From sequence record SRR31156797_124: 42,862 nucleotides of DNA, one strand, 5' to 3'. Below, piece by piece: positions 19,422-27,512 of the stretch. Both the position numbers and the translations under genes were made by a program. The notes beneath the pieces are model-generated. The model saw nothing but the letters and a program-made list of their open reading frames with translations, did no database searches and had not been told where the DNA came from. Each line of letters starts with the position of its first letter. Position 1 is the first letter of the stretch.

Positions 19422-20306
19422 ATGAAATATGTAGATGGAAAAACGATATTATCCTCGTATTGGGAGAGTTCAGACTGGTTTGGGACAAACTATAACTTGA
19501 ATCTATACAGAGGCTGTTGTCATGGATGCATCTATTGCGATAGCCGAAGTGAATGTTATCATGTGGAGGATTTTGACACTGTAAAGGCAAAGCGAGACGC
19601 AATAACTATTCTTGAAAATGAATTACGCAGGCGAAGAAAGACAGGTGTTGTAGGTTTTGGAGCAATGAGTGATCCGTACAATCCCTTTGAATCTGAATTA
19701 AAGCTGACTAGACAAGCACTTACTCTGCTGGACAATTATCATTTTGGAGTCAGCATGATAACGAAATCCAATTTAGTAACCAGAGATATTGATGTTTATA
19801 AATCTATAATGGAGCATTCACCTGTTATTGTTAAGGTAACAATTACTACTCCAAAGGATGAAATGGCAAAACTTATTGAGCCAAATGCTCCTCTTAGCTC
19901 TGAGAGGTTTAAGGCAGTGAATGAATGCTCACAAAATCAATTATATGCAGGTGTTATGATGACTCCTATTCTTCCATATATTACTGATAAAGTTGAAGAT
20001 ATAATAAATATGGTTAAAATAGCAAAGGACAATGGAGCTAGTTTTATTTTTACGATGTTAGGCGTTACACTCCGCAGTAATCAGAGAGAATATTTCTATA
20101 AACAATTAGAGGGCTTTGCACCGTATTTAATCAGACGATATATTTCTACTTACGGCAATGCATACAGCTGTAGTATTCCAAGCCATGAAAGAGTATATGA
20201 TGCCTTCCAAAATGAATGTGAAAAGCTGGATATGACCTACAAAATGGAGGATATTATTAATGGGTACAAGAAGAACTATCGAATGGAACAACTATCTTTT
20301 CTATAG
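19422..20306 (+). CDS. Radical SAM protein (SplB-related putative DNA-repair family)
   Basis: NLYRGCCHGCIYCD (CxxxCxxC), GAMSDPY, ITKS, EPNAP and PILPYITD motifs; ends in QLSFL. Confidence 0.88.
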   Translation: MKYVDGKTILSSYWESSDWFGTNYNLNLYRGCCHGCIYCDSRSECYHVEDFDTVKAKRDAITILENELRRRRKTGVVGFGAMSDPYNPFESELKLTRQALTLLDNYHFGVSMITKSNLVTRDIDVYKSIMEHSPVIVKVTITTPKDEMAKLIEPNAPLSSERFKAVNECSQNQLYAGVMMTPILPYITDKVEDIINMVKIAKDNGASFIFTMLGVTLRSNQREYFYKQLEGFAPYLIRRYISTYGNAYSCSIPSHERVYDAFQNECEKLDMTYKMEDIINGYKKNYRMEQLSFL

Positions 20307-20663
20307 TTTATTTAATATATCATTTTGCTTTTTCTTGCTCATTGACTTTAATACCAAATCATATGACTGATCTATCATCTGCTTAATAATATCATCAGGT
20401 ACATTACCATCTAAGTCGACACTGTTCCAATGCGTTTTGTTCATATAGTAGCCGGGACGTATATCATTGAACTGTTCACGAAGCATTTCTCCGAAGCTGA
20501 CTTCGCACTTAAGAGTGATGATGTTTCTTCCTTTATTATCCTGGCCTATCATACCAATCATTTTATCACTTAACATGTAGCGATAAACGCCCCATTCAGC
20601 TTTATATTCCTTTTTTGAACCTTTCTTTAATGAAACATAATCGTCTATCCATGAATAATCCAT
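20301..20663 (-). CDS. MmcQ/YjbR family DNA-binding protein
   Basis: ITLKC, IRPGYYMNKTHWNSV and IDQSYDLV motifs. Confidence 0.9.
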   Translation of the reverse strand: MDYSWIDDYVSLKKGSKKEYKAEWGVYRYMLSDKMIGMIGQDNKGRNIITLKCEVSFGEMLREQFNDIRPGYYMNKTHWNSVDLDGNVPDDIIKQMIDQSYDLVLKSMSKKKQNDILNKL

Positions 20664-20806
20664 TTAAAACTCCTTTTGTTTTTATCCTTAATTATCTACA
20701 TTATACCATAATATTAAAAGGCGTTTATTAATAAAAGAGTGCTTGAATATAGATTGCTAATATGATAACCTAAACGAAGCGAAAATAATAAAGGTTGGTG
20801 GGTATT

Positions 20807-22099
20807 ATGAGGAAAGGCAAGCTGCTAAAAGCCATAAACGATGATAATGCAAAAAATATATTTGCAAAGCTATATGGAGATAATCCTGAGGTAATCAATT
20901 ATCAATCTCAAAGGTACATAAATGCTGTTAATTCATATTGTGATTTGTTTGGTGACAGAGGTGATTTAAGCATTTTTACTGCTGCTGGGCGTACAGAGAT
21001 TGGGGGCAATCATACTGACCATAACTTAGGCAAGGTGCTGGCTGGATCAGTTAATCTGGATGCCATTGCCGTAGCTAAAAAAAATGACACATCAATAATA
21101 ACCTTGAAGTCAGAAGGGTATAATATTATTAAGATTGACATTCGTGATTTGGATGTGATGGAAGAGGAGAAGAATACATCATATGCTTTAATCAGAGGTG
21201 TATGCTCCAAAATTAAGGAATTAGGATTTGAAATAGGCGGATTTAACGCATATGTTACATCAAACGTACTAAAAGGCTCTGGATTAAGTTCATCTGCAGC
21301 GTTTGAGGTACTGATGACAACTATTCTGAATCATTTGTACTGCGATGGAAAAATCGACAATAAAAAGAATGCACAGATTGCGCAATATGCAGAGAATGTA
21401 TATTTCGGTAAACCCAGCGGACTTATGGATCAGATGGCGAGTGCTGTTGGAGGCATCATTGCTATAGATTTCAAAGAAAAAGAAAATCCAATTGTTGAGG
21501 AAATCAACTTTGATTTTGCTGAAAGCGGACTAGCTTTGGTAATAGTTGATACTGGCGGCGATCATGCTGATTTAACTGGTGAGTATGCAAGCATTACAGA
21601 GGAAATGAAAGCAGTTGCAGGTGCTTTAGGATGCTCTGTACTGCGAGAAACTACCCTGGATAATGTGTTAAATAATATAGGAAAAATCCGTGAAGCTGCA
21701 AATGACAGAGCGATATTAAGATCAATTCATTATTTTGAAGAAAATAATAGGGTGAATAAGCAGGTAAAAGCTCTCTATAATAATGATGTGAGTGGTTTTT
21801 TGACACAAATAAATGCTTCTGGAATGAGCTCATGGACACAGCTGCAAAACTGTATGGTAACAAAATCTCCGCAAATTCAATGCATTGCGCTGGCGTTGGG
21901 ATTATCAAAACAATTCTTAGGAGCAAATGGAGTATGCAGAGTACATGGCGGCGGATTCGCTGGCACTATTCAAGTCTTTGTAAAGAAGGATTATGCAGAT
22001 ACTTATATTGACAAAATGTCTAGGGTTTTTGGAGAGAATTCGTGCTATAAGCTGTATATCAGACCTATCGGCACAGGCAAAGTGGATTTTGCCTATTGA
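20807..22099 (+). CDS. galK: Galactokinase (GHMP kinase)
   Basis: GRTEIGGNHTDH, GSGLSSSAAFE, GKPSGLMDQ and RVHGGGFAG motifs. Start probably ATG 20807 (track TTG 20795). Sugar specificity is not certain. Confidence 0.85.
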   Translation: MRKGKLLKAINDDNAKNIFAKLYGDNPEVINYQSQRYINAVNSYCDLFGDRGDLSIFTAAGRTEIGGNHTDHNLGKVLAGSVNLDAIAVAKKNDTSIITLKSEGYNIIKIDIRDLDVMEEEKNTSYALIRGVCSKIKELGFEIGGFNAYVTSNVLKGSGLSSSAAFEVLMTTILNHLYCDGKIDNKKNAQIAQYAENVYFGKPSGLMDQMASAVGGIIAIDFKEKENPIVEEINFDFAESGLALVIVDTGGDHADLTGEYASITEEMKAVAGALGCSVLRETTLDNVLNNIGKIREAANDRAILRSIHYFEENNRVNKQVKALYNNDVSGFLTQINASGMSSWTQLQNCMVTKSPQIQCIALALGLSKQFLGANGVCRVHGGGFAGTIQVFVKKDYADTYIDKMSRVFGENSCYKLYIRPIGTGKVDFAY

Positions 22100-22124
22100 C
22101 ATAATTAAAAATCTGTGGCAATAT
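22096..22124 (+). promoter_or_regulatory. Putative sigmaA promoter for queT
   Basis: TTGACA (22096-22101), 17 bp spacer, CAATAT preceded by TG. Confidence 0.5.
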
Positions 22125-22145
22125 TGTTGCTCTCAATAAATACAA

Positions 22146-22207
22146 ATATCATGGCATTGCCGTAAATGATATAAGACAGTCGCAGTCCCTGTCTATAAAT
22201 AAAACAT
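22146..22207 (+). ncRNA. preQ1 class I-like riboswitch aptamer with upstream P0-like hairpin
   Basis: Stem AGACAG/CTGTCT (22174-22194), loop TCGCAGTCC, A-rich tail ATAAATAAAAC. Resembles the T. tengcongensis preQ1-I aptamer (loop UCGCAGUAAC). Upstream hairpin ATATCAT/ATGATAT; lies directly 5' of queT. Confidence 0.72.
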
Positions 22208-22286
22208 ACACAATTTCAATGATGTTTTATTGAACTGCATAATAAGGATAGTGCATTGGTAGAAATATAGATTTATGGAGAATAAT

Positions 22287-22790
22287 ATGAAAACATCATT
22301 TTTGACAAGAGCTGCAATTATTGCAGCAATTTACTGTGTAATAACTTTGGCAGTATTATTGACACCACTGGGTCAATTCGCATTCGGACCAATACAGATA
22401 AGGGTTTCTGAGGCGCTTACAGTATTGCCGGCAGTATTTCCAAGTGCGATAATTGGACTATTTGTTGGTTGTTTAATTTCAAATATTATAGGAACTGCTG
22501 TAGGTGTAGCAGCTGGATGGCTGGATATTATATTTGGCTCACTGGCAACTCTTCTTTCAGCATGGCTTAGCTACAAGTTGAGAAAGTATACATATTTAGT
22601 ACCTCTTCCGCCTGTAATAATTAATGCAGTTGTAGTAGGCTTGCTATTGCATTATGTATTGGAATTACCACTATTTGCAACGATGTTGACAGTTGGTATT
22701 GGACAGGCTATAGCTTGCTATGGTATAGGATTACCTCTGCTTCTTGCTATAAAAAAGAGAAGAAATGCTCTAGGAGCGGAAGAAAATTAA
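22287..22790 (+). CDS. queT: QueT-family queuosine-precursor transporter
   Basis: AAIIAAIY, FGPIQIRVSEAL, GLFVGCLISN, DIIFGSLATL and PPVIINAVVVG motifs; GGAG RBS before ATG 22287. Confidence 0.9.
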   Translation: MKTSFLTRAAIIAAIYCVITLAVLLTPLGQFAFGPIQIRVSEALTVLPAVFPSAIIGLFVGCLISNIIGTAVGVAAGWLDIIFGSLATLLSAWLSYKLRKYTYLVPLPPVIINAVVVGLLLHYVLELPLFATMLTVGIGQAIACYGIGLPLLLAIKKRRNALGAEEN

Positions 22791-22913
22791 AGTAATTAGG
22801 CAGATTTTCATTATATTATAAGAAAGTTTATGAAAAGTTAAAATAAATTGTTTGAAATATGCAATAATTGGTTATATAATTTAATTATGTAATTTTTCGA
22901 GGTATATGTATAA

Positions 22914-23387
22914 ATGAAAATAACAGTAACAAACGATGAACTTTTGGATGATAAAATCTATTTTAAAGATGATGAGAACAATCTAGTTGCAATAATAAGA
23001 AATATGATGCCTGTTTATGGCATAAAATTCTGTACATATGATAAAAATGACAAATGCATATTTATAATTGACAGACTAAGAGATTCCGAAACACTATTAA
23101 ATGGCTTTTTGGTAAGTACAACTAGTAAGGAAATTGCAAGAATAGATTACAAATCAAGTTTTTTCGGTAAAACATATTCGTTTAGTTCTGAACTTGGAGA
23201 ATTATCTGTACAGAATAATTCAGCAGTAAACAATATACAACTGACAATTGATGGTAATCTTGTGCTATATGTCCAGCCTACTCAAATCGATAATAAAAAG
23301 GGCTGTGATATTAATATTGTTGACATGGATAATGCAGAAATATTGCTAATAATTGCTTTTATAATAATAGTATTGGCAAAAGATTAA
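22914..23387 (+). CDS. Hypothetical protein, possibly LURP-one/Tubby-C-like
   Basis: GAGGT RBS; repeated short beta-hairpins ending in a hydrophobic helix (ILLIIAFIII), a pattern seen in LURP-one-like barrels. Confidence 0.6.
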   Translation: MKITVTNDELLDDKIYFKDDENNLVAIIRNMMPVYGIKFCTYDKNDKCIFIIDRLRDSETLLNGFLVSTTSKEIARIDYKSSFFGKTYSFSSELGELSVQNNSAVNNIQLTIDGNLVLYVQPTQIDNKKGCDINIVDMDNAEILLIIAFIIIVLAKD

Positions 23388-23396
23388 TAAAGATAT

Positions 23397-23441
23397 AAAA
23401 AAGGACAGTTAGTATTATAATGGTTTAACTGCCCTTTTTTT
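23397..23441. terminator. Bidirectional intrinsic terminator
   Basis: AAAAAAGGACAGTTA...TAACTGCCCTTTTTTT between convergent genes. Confidence 0.75.
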
Positions 23442-23443
23442 AA

Positions 23444-25144
23444 TTATAATTTTTCTAATAAATCTTTAACCGTATCCATTAAGGCATCCAGAGATACTTC
23501 CATTTTTTCTCCAGTTTTTCTTACAACTAATTCTACAATGCCTTCTGGTATTTTCTTACCGATAGTAATTCTGATTGGCATACCGATTAAATCGGCATCG
23601 TTGAATTTGACACCTGCACGTTCTTTTCTGTTGTCGAGCAGAGTATCAATATTATTCTCTATGAAAGAATTGTACATATCTTCAGCGATTTTTACATGTT
23701 CAGAATCATTATGCTTAATAAGAACTATATGTACCTTAAATGGAGCAATAATGCTTGGCCAGACCAGACCATTGTCATCACTGGTTTGTTCAGCAATAGC
23801 GGACATAGTACGACCAATACCGATACCATATGAACCCATTACAACAGGATGTAATTTGTTGTTTTCATCGCTATACATCAAATCAAGTGCTTCTGAATAC
23901 TTTGTTCCAAGCTTAAAGGTATTGCCAACCTCGATACCTTTCTTAAATATCAGTTTTCCTTCGCATACAGGACACACATCGCCCTCTCTGACTATTGTAA
24001 TATCTTCACATAAATCGTACTTTACATCACGGGGTATTGATACATTCTTTATGTGATAATCTTCTTTATTTGCACCAACGATTGTAGATTTTAAGTCTTT
24101 TACATGTTTGTCAATTATGACCTTGCAGCCGATATCAATAGGACCTGTAAATCCAATAACAGCATTAGATTTGCTTTGAATGAATTCATCATCTGCCATA
24201 TCAAGACTTGTATATCCTAATAATTTTTGCAGCTTTACTTCATTCAGTTCTCTGTCACCTTGAATAAAGCAGGCTATAAGCTCATCATCCGCTTTGTACA
24301 TTAGTGCTTTTACTGTCTCAGATGGTGCAACACCCAGGAAGCCTGATACTTCCTCAATTGTTTTTACATTTGGAGTATGAACCAGTTTCTTTTCGCTCTC
24401 AGCAGCATCTGTACTCGTATTTGTGATTACACATTCAGCAACTTCATCATTTGATGAGAAGTCACATGATTCACAAAATACCAGAGTATCTTCACCAATA
24501 TCTGATATTGCCTGGAATTCTTCTGACAGCAGTCCGCCCATAGCACCAGTATCAGCTTTTACTATTTTGTAATCTAATCCTAATCTGTCAAACACCTTCT
24601 TATATGCTTCAAACATCTTTGAGTATGAAACATCAAGTCCATCTAAGTCAGTATCAAATGAGTATGCGTCTTTCATAATAAATTCTCTTACTCTTATGAG
24701 TCCATAGCGTGGTCTTGGTTCATCACGGAATTTGTTCTGGAACTGATAGAGATTAAATGGTAAATCCTTGTATGATTTTACTTTCATCTTTGCAGCAATT
24801 GTGAACATTTCCTCGTGAGTAGGCCCCAAGATGTATGGCTTGTCGAATCTGTCTTTTAATCTAAAGATGGAGCTTCCGAAGGTTTCATTTCTTCCAGAAG
24901 CAGCATAGACATCTTCATGGATTAAAGATGGCATCATTAGCTCTGAAGCACCAGCTGCGTTCATTTCTTCACGAACAACTGTCTCGATATTTTTTAAAAT
25001 CTTATATCCCATTGGCATAAACATATAAGTGCCTGCACCAGATTTCTTTATCATACCAGCACGGACTAACAGATTACTGCTAATACTGTCTTCATCATTT
25101 GCATTTTCTCTAAGAGTATAGAAAAAGCTATTTTTAAGTTTCAT
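23444..25144 (-). CDS. proS: Proline--tRNA ligase (bacterial type with INS editing domain)
   Basis: LGPTHEE, KFRDEPRPRYGLIRVREFIMKDAYSF, INS domain (TVKALM, GFTGP, GAN), GIEVGNTFKLG and MGSYGIG motifs. Confidence 0.98.
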   Translation of the reverse strand: MKLKNSFFYTLRENANDEDSISSNLLVRAGMIKKSGAGTYMFMPMGYKILKNIETVVREEMNAAGASELMMPSLIHEDVYAASGRNETFGSSIFRLKDRFDKPYILGPTHEEMFTIAAKMKVKSYKDLPFNLYQFQNKFRDEPRPRYGLIRVREFIMKDAYSFDTDLDGLDVSYSKMFEAYKKVFDRLGLDYKIVKADTGAMGGLLSEEFQAISDIGEDTLVFCESCDFSSNDEVAECVITNTSTDAAESEKKLVHTPNVKTIEEVSGFLGVAPSETVKALMYKADDELIACFIQGDRELNEVKLQKLLGYTSLDMADDEFIQSKSNAVIGFTGPIDIGCKVIIDKHVKDLKSTIVGANKEDYHIKNVSIPRDVKYDLCEDITIVREGDVCPVCEGKLIFKKGIEVGNTFKLGTKYSEALDLMYSDENNKLHPVVMGSYGIGIGRTMSAIAEQTSDDNGLVWPSIIAPFKVHIVLIKHNDSEHVKIAEDMYNSFIENNIDTLLDNRKERAGVKFNDADLIGMPIRITIGKKIPEGIVELVVRKTGEKMEVSLDALMDTVKDLLEKL

Positions 25145-25173
25145 ATTTTTCTCCTTTATTTGTTGTAAAACAC

Positions 25174-25378
25174 AAAAAAACCGCCCCCAAAACGGGACGA
25201 TTATATAACCGTGGTACCACCCGAAATTAACCTGTATCAGGTCATCTCATCATGCTCTCTAACGCAAGCGACACGTAAGGGTTGCGACTCCCTTAAGCTG
25301 AACAAGGTGGGATAATAACACTTGCTTATCTTTCACCTATGATAAACTCTCTGGTGATTGTTATATTTTCCTTGCTGA
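25174..25378 (-). ncRNA. Proline T-box riboswitch leader
   Basis: Minus strand: stem I GCAAGG...CCTTGT with AGAGAG bulge and GGTGAAA loop; specifier loop TATCCCA (CCC or CCA = Pro, 25308-25311); stem II TAAGGG/CCCTTA; GCGTTA; stem III ACCTG/CAGGT; T-box AATTTCGGGTGGTACCACGG; terminator CGTCCC-GTTTT-GGGGGCG followed by a T run. Confidence 0.93.
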
Positions 25379-25386
25379 TTTTTTAA

Positions 25387-25415
25387 AGTATAGCAGGAAA
25401 ACAAAGCATTTGCAA
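25387..25415 (-). promoter_or_regulatory. sigmaA promoter of the T-box/proS transcript
   Basis: Minus strand TTGCAA, 17 bp spacer, TATACT preceded by TG. Confidence 0.75.
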
Positions 25416-25522
25416 TATAATTTTTGCCTTGTTATTTGTAATATAGCTAAAAAGATTTTAGGGTCTTGTATTATTTTGCATTATTAGGTAAGATACTCAA
25501 ATACTTAATAAGAAAAGATTTC

Positions 25523-25555
25523 TTTGTTAACATAGTAAACAAATAATGGTATAAT
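25523..25555 (+). promoter_or_regulatory. sigmaA promoter of nadE with inverted repeat over the -35
   Basis: TTAACA (25527-25532), 17 bp spacer, TATAAT (25550-25555) preceded by TG; inverted repeat TTTGTTAAC-ATA-GTAAACAAA (25523-25543). Confidence 0.6.
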
Positions 25556-25591
25556 GGCTAGGATATAATTCTTGAAACGAAAGGTAAGACG

Positions 25592-27511
25592 ATGCTGATA
25601 GATTTAGGTTATGCACGTATAGCAGCAGCTTCACAAAGAATGAAAGTTGCTGATGTTGATTACAATGTGAAAAATATTATTAATATATTAAGAGATTCAG
25701 AAAGCAAAAACGTAAGCATAGTATGCTTCCCAGAGCTTTGTATCACTGGATATACCTGTGGAGATTTATTTCTGCAGGATACTTTGCTAAGAGGAGCGTT
25801 ACAGGGACTTAAGAGTATTATTGACGCTGGTATTAAGGTTACAGCTATAGTTGGGCTGCCACTTGAAGCTGATGGCATATTGTACAATTGTGCAGCGGTT
25901 ATTTATAATGGAACTCTTGTTGGCATTGTACCCAAAAAGTATATTCCAAATTACAATGAATATTACGAGAAACGACATTTTGACAGCGGTACTACATTCC
26001 CTGATACTATTAATCTGTTTGGTGAAGATGTTATAAGTGGATTAGATATTGTATTTAGTGCAAAAAGCCGTGAATATGATATCCCATTTGGAATAGAGAT
26101 TTGCGAAGATTTATGGGCACCCAGTCCACCGTCTGCTGACTTAGCGCAAAAAGGTGCATTGATAATCTTTAATCCTAGTGCATCTACAGCACTTGCGGCT
26201 AAGCATCAATACAGAAAATCTTTGATATCAATTCAATCAGGTAAATGCATTTGTGGTTATGTTTACTCAAGTAGTAATTTCGATGAATCTACTCAGGATG
26301 TTGTATTTTCTGGTTACTGCGGAATTTATGAAAATGGCAGACTGCTTTCAGAGAATAAACGATTCCAGAGAAACAATGACTTAACTATAGCTGAAGTTGA
26401 TATAAATAGGCTAAGATTTCTTCGCAGGAGAAATAAGACATTTTTTGATGGAATAGCTGGAGATATGAAATTAGTAGAGTATTCAGCCATTAGTTCTGGA
26501 GAAAATATAACATACAGAAATATTAATCCATATCCATTTATTCCATCAGGTAATTTAAAGAATATAAGGCTTGAGGAGATAAGTGATATTCAGGCTGCTG
26601 GATTAGTCAAAAGGATGGAACATATCGGGTGTGAGAAGATTGTAATAGGTGTTTCAGGAGGTCTGGATTCGACTTTGGCACTGCTTATAGCAGTAAAGGC
26701 ATTTAAGGTACTAGGCTTACCAAATAGCAATATTATAGCTATTACAATGCCTGGATTTGGTACAGGAAGCAGAACCTATAAAAATGCTATTGCTTTGATA
26801 GGTGAGCTGGGAGCAACACTTAAGGAGATAAAGATTGATGAGGCAGTTAAGCTTCACTTTAGAGATATCGGGCACAATGGAACAACACACGATATAGCAT
26901 ATGAAAATTCTCAAGCAAGAGAGAGAACACAGATATTGATGGATACTGCAAATATGGAGAATGCAATTGTGCTTGGAACTGGAGATTTGTCTGAGCTGGC
27001 ATTAGGCTGGGCAACTTACAATGGAGATCATATGAGTATGTATAATGTGAACTGTTCTATTCCAAAGACTTTGGTTAAGCATCTGGTGGATTACCTAGGG
27101 AATGTTGAGCTGCAGGGTGGTATTTCGTCAATTGTAAATGATATTTTAGACACTCCAATTTCTCCTGAATTGATTCCATCTACTGATGGGGAACTAATGC
27201 AGAAAACTGAGGAAGTATTAGGCAAATATGATTTGCATGATTTTTTTCTTTACAATATGCTGGAGTGCGGTGCAGACTGTAAGAGATTATTCTTTGCAGC
27301 AAAATATGCCTTTATGGATATTGCAGATGAAGATGAAATAAAGGCTGCATTATCAACATTTATACATAGATTCTTTGCACAGCAGTTTAAGCGTTCCTGT
27401 ATGCCTGATGGCCCAAAAGTAGGTACAGTATGCTTATCCCCAAGAGGTGACTGGCGTATGCCAAGTGATGCCAGCTATAATCTATGGAAAAAACAGCTAG
27501 AGGAGATATAG
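25592..27511 (+). CDS. nadE: Glutamine-dependent NAD+ synthetase
   Basis: Nitrilase-type domain (FPEL, PKKYIPNYNEYYEKR, EICEDLW) plus synthetase domain (GVSGGLDS, ENSQARER, GTGDLSE, ISPEL, QQFKRSCMPDGPKVG). Confidence 0.97.
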   Translation: MLIDLGYARIAAASQRMKVADVDYNVKNIINILRDSESKNVSIVCFPELCITGYTCGDLFLQDTLLRGALQGLKSIIDAGIKVTAIVGLPLEADGILYNCAAVIYNGTLVGIVPKKYIPNYNEYYEKRHFDSGTTFPDTINLFGEDVISGLDIVFSAKSREYDIPFGIEICEDLWAPSPPSADLAQKGALIIFNPSASTALAAKHQYRKSLISIQSGKCICGYVYSSSNFDESTQDVVFSGYCGIYENGRLLSENKRFQRNNDLTIAEVDINRLRFLRRRNKTFFDGIAGDMKLVEYSAISSGENITYRNINPYPFIPSGNLKNIRLEEISDIQAAGLVKRMEHIGCEKIVIGVSGGLDSTLALLIAVKAFKVLGLPNSNIIAITMPGFGTGSRTYKNAIALIGELGATLKEIKIDEAVKLHFRDIGHNGTTHDIAYENSQARERTQILMDTANMENAIVLGTGDLSELALGWATYNGDHMSMYNVNCSIPKTLVKHLVDYLGNVELQGGISSIVNDILDTPISPELIPSTDGELMQKTEEVLGKYDLHDFFLYNMLECGADCKRLFFAAKYAFMDIADEDEIKAALSTFIHRFFAQQFKRSCMPDGPKVGTVCLSPRGDWRMPSDASYNLWKKQLEEI

Positions 27512-27512
27512 A

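Noticed and set aside
22151-22165. Mini-ORF ATG GCA TTG CCG TAA in the queT leader
   Set aside because: No RBS; it lies in the loop of the P0-like hairpin.
10201-22790. Apparent queuosine theme (hisS, aspS, queT)
   Set aside because: hisS-aspS is a common operon and queT is about 9 kb away with its own promoter, so this is probably coincidence.
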